From Gemmatimonadaceae bacterium (GTDB taxonomy: Bacteria > Gemmatimonadota > Gemmatimonadetes > Gemmatimonadales > Gemmatimonadaceae): a stretch of DNA of 39,815 nt. Below, one piece after another: positions 10,666 through 18,596 of this stretch (its first letter is position 1; each line of letters begins with the position of its first letter). The notes beneath the pieces are model-generated. The model worked only from the letters and a program-made list of their open reading frames with translations. It was not told the DNA's origin and searched no databases. The position numbers were made by a program, and so were the translations under genes. The stretch spans positions 1 through 39,815 of the forward strand of contig CAXRBM010000082.1 in assembly GCA_964228675.1 (NCBI GenBank). The letters are read 5' to 3'.

Positions 10666-11594
10666 GTGAGTCTCGTGCGGTCGAGAGGAGCGCCGGTGAG
10701 GCGGGCAAAGGCGTTGAGGTAGCGTTGGCTCGTCGCCGCGATGACCTCGGGGGGGAGGGTAGGGGGTGGGGCGTTGCCGTCCCACCGGCCGGCGCGCCGC
10801 TCACCATCGAGCCAATCGCGCAACGGCTGCTTGTCGAAGCTCGGCTGCGGGCCGCCGGGGGCGTACCCTTCAGCGGGCCAGAAGCGAGAGCTGTCGGGGG
10901 TCAGCACCTCGTCGATCAGGAGGACCGTCCCATCGGCCGTGGCCCCGAATTCGAACTTGGTATCGGCGATGATGATCCCGCGGGTCGCCGCAAGCGCACG
11001 CCCCTTGGTGTAGACGAGGCGCGCGAACCGCTCGAGCGTCCTGGCGGCCGCCTCGCCGAGCGCCGCCTGCATCTGGTGGATGGTGATGTTCTCGTCGTGC
11101 CCCGACTCGGCTTTCGTGGCGGGGCTGAAGATCGGCGGATCGAAGCGATCGCTCTCGCGTAGGCCGGTGGGGAGCGCCTCGCCCGCGAGGGTCCCACTCG
11201 CGCGGAATTCCTTCCAGGCCGAGCCGGCGAGATAGCCGCGCATCACGCATTCCACGGGGAAGACGGTCGTGCGGCGGCAGAGCATCGTGCGCCCCGCCAG
11301 CTCGTCGCGATGCAGCGCGAGGGCAGGGATTGCCGCGACGATCTCGTCGACGTCGCTCGAGAGCAGATGGTGCGCGATCTCCCCTTCGAATTGGCGGAGC
11401 CACCAGGCGGTGAGTTGCGTGAGCACCGCGCCCTTGTGAGGCACGAGCTCGCGCATCACCACATCGAAGGCGCTCACCCGGTCGCTGGTGACGAGCAAGA
11501 CCCGCGCGGCATCGACGACGTAGACGTCCCGGACCTTGCCGCGACGGAGCAGCGGGAGGGGGAGATGCGTCTCGCCGACGAGCACCGGCGTCAT
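10662..11594 (-). CDS. purC: SAICAR synthetase
   Basis: [43 protein letters not shown]. Confidence 0.96.
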   Translation of the reverse strand: MTPVLVGETHLPLPLLRRGKVRDVYVVDAARVLLVTSDRVSAFDVVMRELVPHKGAVLTQLTAWWLRQFEGEIAHHLLSSDVDEIVAAIPALALHRDELAGRTMLCRRTTVFPVECVMRGYLAGSAWKEFRASGTLAGEALPTGLRESDRFDPPIFSPATKAESGHDENITIHQMQAALGEAAARTLERFARLVYTKGRALAATRGIIIADTKFEFGATADGTVLLIDEVLTPDSSRFWPAEGYAPGGPQPSFDKQPLRDWLDGERRAGRWDGNAPPPTLPPEVIAATSQRYLNAFARLTGAPLDRTRLT

Positions 11595-13024
11595 ACGCGC
11601 ACAGCCTCGGTGGCGGGGCCCGTCTCACCGGTGGCGACGAGGATCGGACCGATCACCTCGGAGAGGAAATCATCCACCTGCGCCGCGGCGCGTCCGATGA
11701 AGCGCGATGGCTCGAGGGTCTCACGCATGGCGTCCACCGAGACGGGGAAGGCCGGGTCGGCCGCGAGCCGGTCCAGCAGGTCGTTCGCGACCCCCTGATC
11801 CTTCATCGCGCGCGCCGCCTCGATCGAATGTCGGCGGATCACCTCGTGCGCCTCCTGCCGATCGCCCCCCGCCTTCACCGCCTGCACGATGAGCGACTCC
11901 GTCGCCATGAAGGGGAGCTCCTCGGCGATCCGCGCCGCGATCCGTGCCGGATGTACCTCGAGCCCGCTCGCGACGTTCTCCATGAGGATCAGGATCGCAT
12001 CGGTCGCGAGGAAGGCCTCAGGGATGGTGAGCCGACGGATCGCGGAGTCGTCGAGGGTCCGCTCGAAGTACTGCACCTGGTGCGTCTGGTTCGCCGTGCC
12101 CGCGATCGTCTGTACGAAGCGCGCGAGGGAGTTGATCCGTTCCGAGCGCATCGGATTCCGCTTATACGCCATCGCGCTCGATCCGATCTGCTCCTTCCCG
12201 AACGGCTCCTCGATCTCGCCGAATGATTGCAACATCCGCATATCGCTCGCGAACTTCGCCGCACTCGTGGCGATCCCCGCGAGGAGATCCATCACGTGGG
12301 CGTCGAGTTTGCGGGTGTAGGTCTGCCCGCTCACGGGGATCGAGTGCGCGACCCCCATCCGCTGACAGACGGCGGCGTCGAGCGCGCGGACCTTGGCATG
12401 ATCGCCGCCAAGGAGCTCGAGGAAGCTCGCTTGCGTGCCGGTCGTTCCCTTCACCCCACGCAGCGGCAGCGTCGCCAGCCGATGGTCGAGGTCCGCAAGG
12501 TCGAGCACGAGATCCTGCATCCAGAGGGTGGCGCGCTTGCCGACGGTCGTCAGCTGCGCAGACTGCAGGTGCGTATACCCGAGTGTCGGGAGATCGCGCC
12601 AGGTGCGCGCGAAGGCCTCGAGGGCGCGGATCACCGTGACCACGCGGCCGCGGAGGAGCTCGAGGCCACGGCGCATCTGGATGAGGTCGCCGTTGTCGGT
12701 GACGAAGCAGCTCGTCGCGCCCAGATGGATCACCCCGCGCGCCGCTGGCGCGACATCGCCGAAGGCGTGCACATGCGCCATGACGTCATGGCGGAAGCGG
12801 CGCTCATATTCGGCGACGGCCGCGAAGTCGATGTCATCGAGGTGCCCGCGCATCTGCACGATCGCCTCCTCGGGGATCGCGACGCCGAGTTCGCGCTCCG
12901 ATTCGGCGAGGGCAAGCCAGAGTCGCCGCCAGAGCCCGTGCCGCGTCTGCGGGCTGAAGAGCGTCAGCATCGCCTGCGAGGCATAGCGCTCGGCGAGCGG
13001 GGAGCGATAGGTGTCGTGGCTCAT
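11591..13024 (-). CDS. purB: adenylosuccinate lyase
   Basis: [29 protein letters not shown] signature, ERTLDDSA. Confidence 0.96.
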   Translation of the reverse strand: MSHDTYRSPLAERYASQAMLTLFSPQTRHGLWRRLWLALAESERELGVAIPEEAIVQMRGHLDDIDFAAVAEYERRFRHDVMAHVHAFGDVAPAARGVIHLGATSCFVTDNGDLIQMRRGLELLRGRVVTVIRALEAFARTWRDLPTLGYTHLQSAQLTTVGKRATLWMQDLVLDLADLDHRLATLPLRGVKGTTGTQASFLELLGGDHAKVRALDAAVCQRMGVAHSIPVSGQTYTRKLDAHVMDLLAGIATSAAKFASDMRMLQSFGEIEEPFGKEQIGSSAMAYKRNPMRSERINSLARFVQTIAGTANQTHQVQYFERTLDDSAIRRLTIPEAFLATDAILILMENVASGLEVHPARIAARIAEELPFMATESLIVQAVKAGGDRQEAHEVIRRHSIEAARAMKDQGVANDLLDRLAADPAFPVSVDAMRETLEPSRFIGRAAAQVDDFLSEVIGPILVATGETGPATEAVRV

Positions 13025-14451
13025 CGGATGCGGAAGTCGGTGGAGTAGACCATGCCGGCGCGCTCGACGAACATCCGGACCGGCCCGCTGCCGCCCGCGC
13101 CCTCGATCAGGCGCGCCGCCTGTGGCGCATCGGTGACGGGCGTGCGGTTGATCTGGACGATCACGTCGCCAGCGCGGAGGCCGAGCGCCTGTTCGACGCG
13201 ATCGGAGACCTGTACCACGACCGCGCCGTGCGCGGAGCGGATCCCGCGCTCGACACGGATGGCCGGGGTGAGGGAGATCAACTGCAGTTCACGGAGCACC
13301 GCGATGCGTTCGGCGCTGGCGTCCGGGAGATCCCGCACGGCGACGGTGACGCGTCGCTCGCGATTGTCGCGGCGCACCATCAGCGTGGCGTTCTCACCGA
13401 CGCGGAGGTCCAGGAGTTCCGCCTCCCAGTCGTAGGCGTTGCGTACGACGCGATCGCGGCTGCGCGTGATGATGTCGCCGGTGCGAAGGCCAGCGGCTTC
13501 CGCGGGACTCCCGGGGACGATCCGTTCGATCGTGGCCCCGGCATTGAGCGTGCCGCGGGCGGCCGTCGCCTGGGTCTGTTCGACCTTCACCCCGATCCAG
13601 GGGCGCCGTACGCTCCCGTGGGCGAGCAGATCCTCGGCGACGCGGCGTGCGCGATCGATCGGGATCGCAAAACCGAGGCCGATGGAGCCGCCGGACGGGC
13701 TATAGATCGAGCTGTTCACACCGACCACGTCGCCCGATGCGGAGACGAGTGGGCCCCCGGAGTTCCCTGGATTGATCGAGGCGTCGGTCTGGATCATGTC
13801 GACATAGACCCCGGGGCCATCGCCTCGCCCGGTGAGATTGCGCCCGACACCACTCACCACCCCCACCGTGACCGAGGGCTCGGAGTTGCCAAGGAGGAAG
13901 CCGTAGGGATTCCCGATGGCCACGACCCATTCGCCGATGAGGAGGTCGCGCGAGGTGCCAAGCGGAGCGACGGGGAGGTTCTTGGCGTCGATGCGGAGGA
14001 CCGCGAGGTCGTTTAGTTCGTCGGCGCCGACGAGCGTCGCGGGGTACGTCGTGCCGTCGCGAAGCGCGACGTTGATCTTCGATGCCCCGGACACGACATG
14101 CGCGTTGGTCACGATCACGCCGGTCGCCTGGACGATGAAGCCAGAGCCGATTCCCGCAGCGACCTGCTCTCCGGAGCGGGTGCCGAAGAAGAGGTCGTAC
14201 GGCGTCGCCGCGGTGCGCTCGACGCGTTCCGTCTGCACGGTGACGACGGCCGGCGAGACGCCTGCCACGGCCGTCGTGATGGCGGTGCGCCGGCTGGCGG
14301 CAACGTTCGCGGTGAGGCTGTCAGCCGCGCCGGGCGCGACCCGTGAGGCGGGGAGCTGCGCCAACGACTGTTGTGGGGTCGCCCCATCGCACGCGGCGAT
14401 GAGGACGAAGAGCAGGGGATGCCCCCGGCGCCAGAGCGAGCGTCGATTCAT
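13021..14451 (-). CDS. HtrA/DegP-family serine protease with two PDZ domains, probable lipoprotein
   Basis: GSGFI, TNAHVV, DLAVL, QTDASINPGNSGGPL catalytic triad; two GLRxGD PDZ motifs. Start ATG 14451 (ATGA overlap) gives a basic N-terminus and a lipobox-like LIAAC. Confidence 0.92.
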   Translation of the reverse strand: MNRRSLWRRGHPLLFVLIAACDGATPQQSLAQLPASRVAPGAADSLTANVAASRRTAITTAVAGVSPAVVTVQTERVERTAATPYDLFFGTRSGEQVAAGIGSGFIVQATGVIVTNAHVVSGASKINVALRDGTTYPATLVGADELNDLAVLRIDAKNLPVAPLGTSRDLLIGEWVVAIGNPYGFLLGNSEPSVTVGVVSGVGRNLTGRGDGPGVYVDMIQTDASINPGNSGGPLVSASGDVVGVNSSIYSPSGGSIGLGFAIPIDRARRVAEDLLAHGSVRRPWIGVKVEQTQATAARGTLNAGATIERIVPGSPAEAAGLRTGDIITRSRDRVVRNAYDWEAELLDLRVGENATLMVRRDNRERRVTVAVRDLPDASAERIAVLRELQLISLTPAIRVERGIRSAHGAVVVQVSDRVEQALGLRAGDVIVQINRTPVTDAPQAARLIEGAGGSGPVRMFVERAGMVYSTDFRIR

Positions 14452-15113
14452 CGCGCGCGCCGGGGTTTGGCTCGCCGCGCCACATCCACGAGGAAGCGGT
14501 CGACGGCACGATCGGTGAGCGGGTGGTTCAGCACGGCATGTAACGTGTCGGGCGTCACCACTGCGGCATCCGCTCCGGCGGCGCCCATCGCGCTCAGACG
14601 GAGCGCGTTCTTCGGGCCGGCGGCGACGAGGTCGCATTCCACCGAGGCGCGGTCGAGCATCGCCCGAAGCGGGACGAGCACCGACTCGCCGGGGTGGTCG
14701 ATCGCATCGAGGGCGTCGACGGGCACGACCACGTGCGCCGCACCCGCCTTGGCCGCGAGGAGCCCCTGCGCGGCCGAGTGCACGAAGGTCGCCGCACAGC
14801 GGATCCCGTCGCGGCTCAGCCGTCGGAAGGCGGGGAGTGCGTCCTCGACGAAGGGGATGGCGATGATGACCTGCTCTGCCACGCGACGGAGTGCACGCGA
14901 GCCGCGCATCAGCTCGGTCGGGGTCAGGGCACCGACGCTCGCGAAGATCGGGACCGGAGCGAGGGTCGCGAGCTCACCGAGGATCTCCAGCGGATCGGCG
15001 TGCGGGACCTCCTCCGCGAGGACGCGCGGCGTCGCGACGATGCCGTCGATGAGGCCGCTCTGCAGCGCCCAACGGATCTGGTCGGGATCGACGGTGGCGA
15101 GGTAGAGGCGCAT
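14448..15113 (-). CDS. transaldolase/FSA-family protein, catalytic residues absent (probable pseudoenzyme)
   Basis: Aligns by eye to the small TalC/FSA family (GLIDGI, IP, Q.LLAAKAGA, GADA, HPLTD..V.RF..D). The Schiff-base Lys position is Ala (VIIAIP). Confidence 0.85.
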   Translation of the reverse strand: MRLYLATVDPDQIRWALQSGLIDGIVATPRVLAEEVPHADPLEILGELATLAPVPIFASVGALTPTELMRGSRALRRVAEQVIIAIPFVEDALPAFRRLSRDGIRCAATFVHSAAQGLLAAKAGAAHVVVPVDALDAIDHPGESVLVPLRAMLDRASVECDLVAAGPKNALRLSAMGAAGADAAVVTPDTLHAVLNHPLTDRAVDRFLVDVARRAKPRRAR

Positions 15114-15901
15114 CAGGCGGGGAGGTACAGGTCGGCGGGGTACGAGACTTCTTCGAGCGAGAGTCCGGTGGGCGCGGCGGGCGGGGCGACCTCGTCGTTG
15201 GTCTCGGCGACGAGCAAGGCGAGGAAGGCGTCGCGCGTCCGCTTGCCGCTCGCCGTCTCGAGCATCGTCGCCACGAGGAAACGCACCATGTGGTGCAAGA
15301 AGCGATTCGCCTGGATCTCGAAGACGAGGTCGCCGGGCTCATCGGGCGCCGCGTCGATCCAGCGGGCGAGGGTCACCGTGCAGCGATGATCGTCCTCGGC
15401 GGGCGCTGTCCCTCGCACGGCGAAGCCGCGGAAGACGTGCGTGCCGAGGAGCTGCGCGGCGCACCAATCGAGCGTCGATCGGTCGAGGGGGGCGCCCTCG
15501 TAGGGCGTCGCCCAGCGCCGACGAAAGGGGGAGCCGGCATCCGGCCGCGTGCCGAGGCGGTAGCGATAGCGTCGCGCCACGGCACTGAACCGGGCATGGA
15601 AGTCAGGACGCATCTCGTGGGCGGAGGCGACCCAGAGGTCGGCCGGCAACTGCTGATTCATCACGCGTCGGAGGCGAGGGGGCTCCCAGTGCGGCGCGAC
15701 CGTGATGGAGGCGGCCTGACCGCGGGCATGGACGCCCGCATCGGTGCGACCGGCGCCGGTCACGCGAATCGGGGCGCCGTGCAGACGTCCGAGCGTCTCT
15801 TCGAGTACGCCTTGCACCGTGCGGAGGCCGGGTTGGAGTTGCCACCCGGCGAATGCGGTCCCGTCATAGTGCAGGACCAGTTGCACGCATCGCTCCGCCA
15901 T
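15113..15901 (-). CDS. truA: tRNA pseudouridine(38-40) synthase
   Basis: YDGTxFxGWQxQP, GAGRTDAGVHA, FHARFSA, FLHHMVR, APPxGLxL. Confidence 0.96.
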   Translation of the reverse strand: MAERCVQLVLHYDGTAFAGWQLQPGLRTVQGVLEETLGRLHGAPIRVTGAGRTDAGVHARGQAASITVAPHWEPPRLRRVMNQQLPADLWVASAHEMRPDFHARFSAVARRYRYRLGTRPDAGSPFRRRWATPYEGAPLDRSTLDWCAAQLLGTHVFRGFAVRGTAPAEDDHRCTVTLARWIDAAPDEPGDLVFEIQANRFLHHMVRFLVATMLETASGKRTRDAFLALLVAETNDEVAPPAAPTGLSLEEVSYPADLYLPA

Positions 15902-15938
15902 CCGGGGAAAGATACCCGGGGCGGGGGGGGCACTTCAA
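15902..15938 (-). promoter_or_regulatory. putative sigma70-type promoter for leaderless truA mRNA
   Basis: Minus strand reads TTGAAG-N18-TATCTT-N7-ATG; no Shine-Dalgarno; C8 run in the spacer. Confidence 0.55.
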
Positions 15939-15979
15939 GCAAAATCCCTCGGGGCGAGGCGTTCGCGCCGAGGGATCTT
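15936..15979 (-). terminator. intrinsic terminator downstream of lexA
   Basis: Stem ATCCCTCGG (15944-15952) / CCGAGGGAT (15968-15976) with inner GCGA/TCGC pairing, followed on the minus strand by TTTGCTT. Confidence 0.65.
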
Positions 15980-16025
15980 CTGATCGATGTGTAGCGGCGG
16001 TGAGCAGCCGCCTCGGCCTGCCCGC

Positions 16026-16634
16026 TCAGTAGCGCCGGAGCACCCCGACGACGATCCCTTGCACGCGCACCTGATCTTGTTGCACGTAGATCGGGGCCAT
16101 CGAGGCGTTGGCCGGCTGCAGGCGGATCCGGCCGTCGCGCTCGCGGTAGTAGCGCTTGACCGTCGCGCCCGACTCCTCGACCATCGCGATGACCATCTCC
16201 CCATTGTCGGCGGCGGGGCGGTCGTGCACGACCACCATGTCCCCGTCGGCGATCTGATCCTCGATCATCGAGTTCCCGCGGACCTTCAAGACATAGTGCC
16301 CGCCCGGGCGACGGACGAAATCCTCGGGGACCGCGATCGTCTCGGAGGCTTCGAACGCCTCGATGGGGAGGCCGGCGGCGACGGCGCCGAGGACCGGGAG
16401 CTCCACCGACCGAGGGAAGGCCTCGGAGGGGAGGATCTCGATCGCGCGGCTCTCGTTGTAACTTCGCTTGATGTAGCCCTTCCGTTCGAGGTTGCTGAGG
16501 TGCTCGTGCACCGTGGCGAGCGACGTGTAGCCAAAGCGCTCGGCGATCTCCTCGAAGCTGGGGGCATAGCCATTCGCATCCCCGTACTGCGTGAGGAAAT
16601 CAAGGATCTCGCGTTGCTTCTTGGTCAGCGGCAT
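16026..16634 (-). CDS. lexA: SOS repressor LexA
   Basis: LTKKQREILDFL...PSFEEIA...SLATVHEHL..LERKGYI wHTH; VAAG cleavage site; GNSM (Ser) and TVKR (Lys) dyad. Start ATG 16634. Confidence 0.96.
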   Translation of the reverse strand: MPLTKKQREILDFLTQYGDANGYAPSFEEIAERFGYTSLATVHEHLSNLERKGYIKRSYNESRAIEILPSEAFPRSVELPVLGAVAAGLPIEAFEASETIAVPEDFVRRPGGHYVLKVRGNSMIEDQIADGDMVVVHDRPAADNGEMVIAMVEESGATVKRYYRERDGRIRLQPANASMAPIYVQQDQVRVQGIVVGVLRRY

Positions 16635-16688
16635 AGGTCCGGTCCGTCGGAAGGGTGGTCGGTCGTCTGACTGGTGCGCCAAAGACGC

Positions 16689-16736
16689 CCGAATATGTCC
16701 CGAAGTAACGGTATCCGAAGAAACGACGAAGCGCAA
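16689..16736 (-). promoter_or_regulatory. putative lexA promoter with two TTCG-N7-TTCG direct-repeat operators
   Basis: Minus strand TTGCGC (16731-16736)-N17-TACCGT (16708-16713). CGAA half-sites on the plus strand start at 16690, 16701, 16716 and 16727. Confidence 0.65.
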
Positions 16737-16829
16737 GCGGCCATCTCCGTGGTGAGCCCGTGATCCCGCCATCGGGAGGGCAGGTGGCGCCACCATTCGC
16801 GTGGGAGTTAGCGTTCACCGCCCCCCATC

Positions 16830-18596
16830 ATGACAGCCCCATCGACGCCTCCGATCCAACCAGGTGCCCCCCCACCGTTCGATCCAGCGGTGGTCGTCGA
16901 TCTGTTCCGGGCTCTGGAGAAGGCCCTCCGGGCCATCCAACTGTACCTGCCCAACAACCCGAGCTACCAGCGCGCCATCGATGCGGCGCGCAAGGCCTTC
17001 ACCCCGATCTGGGAGCAGACGGACGAACTCCGTGTGGCGATCGCCGACACGCGACTCGACTGGTCAGGGGTGGTGGTGCATGAGCAACGGGAGAAAGGGG
17101 GAGATTCGCTCCCCTGGCTGTTCTATAAGGTGGGGATTCGGGAACTGACCTTCCACGCGGGCTTCGAGCTGGCAGAGGAGTTGCCCGCGCTCCTGCAGGC
17201 GCTGGCGCAGTCCCGGCGCGCGCAGGCGCATGAGGATGACCTCCTGACCCTCATGTGGGAGCAGGGGTTCTCCGCGCTGAAGTACCGGTACGTGGAGCTC
17301 CGCGAACCGATGCCGCCGATCGATGCGGCGGTGAGGCTTGGCGGCCAGGCGGTCCCGCCGGGGACCCTGCTCGCGCCGATCAAGGAGGCGATCGCCGAGG
17401 CGCATCAGGAGATCTCCGCCATGCAGGAGGAGTCGGGGACGCCGCCCGGTGAGCTGCCCCCGGACGTGGTGCGACTCTCGGATTTCGAGTCGTCGTGGTA
17501 CTTCCTCGACCATCGCGAGATCGAATACCTCCGGCAGGAGGCGCTCCGGGAGTATCGGCTCGATCTGCGGCGGCAGGTCGTCACGGCACTCCTCGATATC
17601 TTGGAATACAATGCGAATGCCGCGATCCGCCAGGAGGTGGCCGATCATCTTGAGACGATGATCGGTCACCTGCTCGCCGCCGGGCATTACGCCTCCGTCG
17701 CGCACCTCTTGCGGGAGACGAGTGCGATCGTCGTGCGCTCGCGGAACATGGGACCAGCCGAGCAGCAGCGCCTGGGCCGCATCGCCTGGCCGTTGCACCA
17801 GCCCGAGGTGTTGGAGCGGATGTTCGAGGTGCTGGAGGCGTCTCTCGTCCTGCCCTCGCCCCACGACGTGACGGCGCTCTTCTCGCATGTGCCGCCCGCA
17901 TCGCTTCCGCTCCTCTTGTCGTTTCAAGCGCGGTCGCGGCACAGCGGGTTGCGGCCCCTCTTGGCGACGGCGGCCACGCAGATGGTGGAGCGGAGTGCGG
18001 TGGCGCTCATCGACGCGATCACGGATGAGCGAGGACAGGTCTCGGTGGCGGCGATCCGGCTCGCGGGGATCACGAAGGCGCAGGGGGCGATCCCCGTGCT
18101 CGCGGACGTCGTCGTGAGAGGCCCGACTACGCGCGCCCGACTCGCGGCCGTATCCGCGCTCGCGGAGATCGCCACCCCACCGGCGATGGCGGCGGTCGCG
18201 ACGGCTCTCGCGGATGCCGATCGTGAGATCCGACTCGCGGCGGCTCGTGCGCTGGCGGAGCGCCCCTGTCGACCGGCGGTTGCGATGATCGAGGCGTATC
18301 TGAAGGGGCCGCTGCTCCGAGCAGCCGACCGCGTCGAGCGTGTCACCGCCTTCGAGTGCTACGGGCTGCATTGTGGCGACGCTGGCGTGCCGTGGCTCTC
18401 CGAGCTGCTCGTCGGGAAGGGGCGCTTCCTCGTGCGGAAGGAGCCCTCGGAGACCCGCGCCTGCGCGGCACTCGCGCTGGGTCGTGTCGGTACGGCGGCG
18501 GCGCAGGCCACGCTCCGCTCGGTGGCGACCGATGCGGACATCGTGGTGCGGAGCGCGGTGGGGCGCGCGTTGCGTGAGGGAGGGCGTCGCCGATGA
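16830..18596 (+). CDS. HEAT-repeat domain protein with uncharacterised N-terminal domain
   Basis: C-terminal Ala/Leu-rich HEAT/PBS-like repeats (ARLAAVSALAEI, IRLAAARALAE, RACAALALGRVG, VRSAVGRAL); ATGA-coupled to the next gene. Confidence 0.8.
   Translation: MTAPSTPPIQPGAPPPFDPAVVVDLFRALEKALRAIQLYLPNNPSYQRAIDAARKAFTPIWEQTDELRVAIADTRLDWSGVVVHEQREKGGDSLPWLFYKVGIRELTFHAGFELAEELPALLQALAQSRRAQAHEDDLLTLMWEQGFSALKYRYVELREPMPPIDAAVRLGGQAVPPGTLLAPIKEAIAEAHQEISAMQEESGTPPGELPPDVVRLSDFESSWYFLDHREIEYLRQEALREYRLDLRRQVVTALLDILEYNANAAIRQEVADHLETMIGHLLAAGHYASVAHLLRETSAIVVRSRNMGPAEQQRLGRIAWPLHQPEVLERMFEVLEASLVLPSPHDVTALFSHVPPASLPLLLSFQARSRHSGLRPLLATAATQMVERSAVALIDAITDERGQVSVAAIRLAGITKAQGAIPVLADVVVRGPTTRARLAAVSALAEIATPPAMAAVATALADADREIRLAAARALAERPCRPAVAMIEAYLKGPLLRAADRVERVTAFECYGLHCGDAGVPWLSELLVGKGRFLVRKEPSETRACAALALGRVGTAAAQATLRSVATDADIVVRSAVGRALREGGRRR

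Noticed and set aside
14452-14637. Upstream extensions given by the ORF track for htrA (also psd, lexA, yqeK, mutase, methyltransferase, reductase and P450)
   Set aside because: Downstream starts give stop/start coupling or family-typical N-termini; most of the extensions overlap neighbouring genes.
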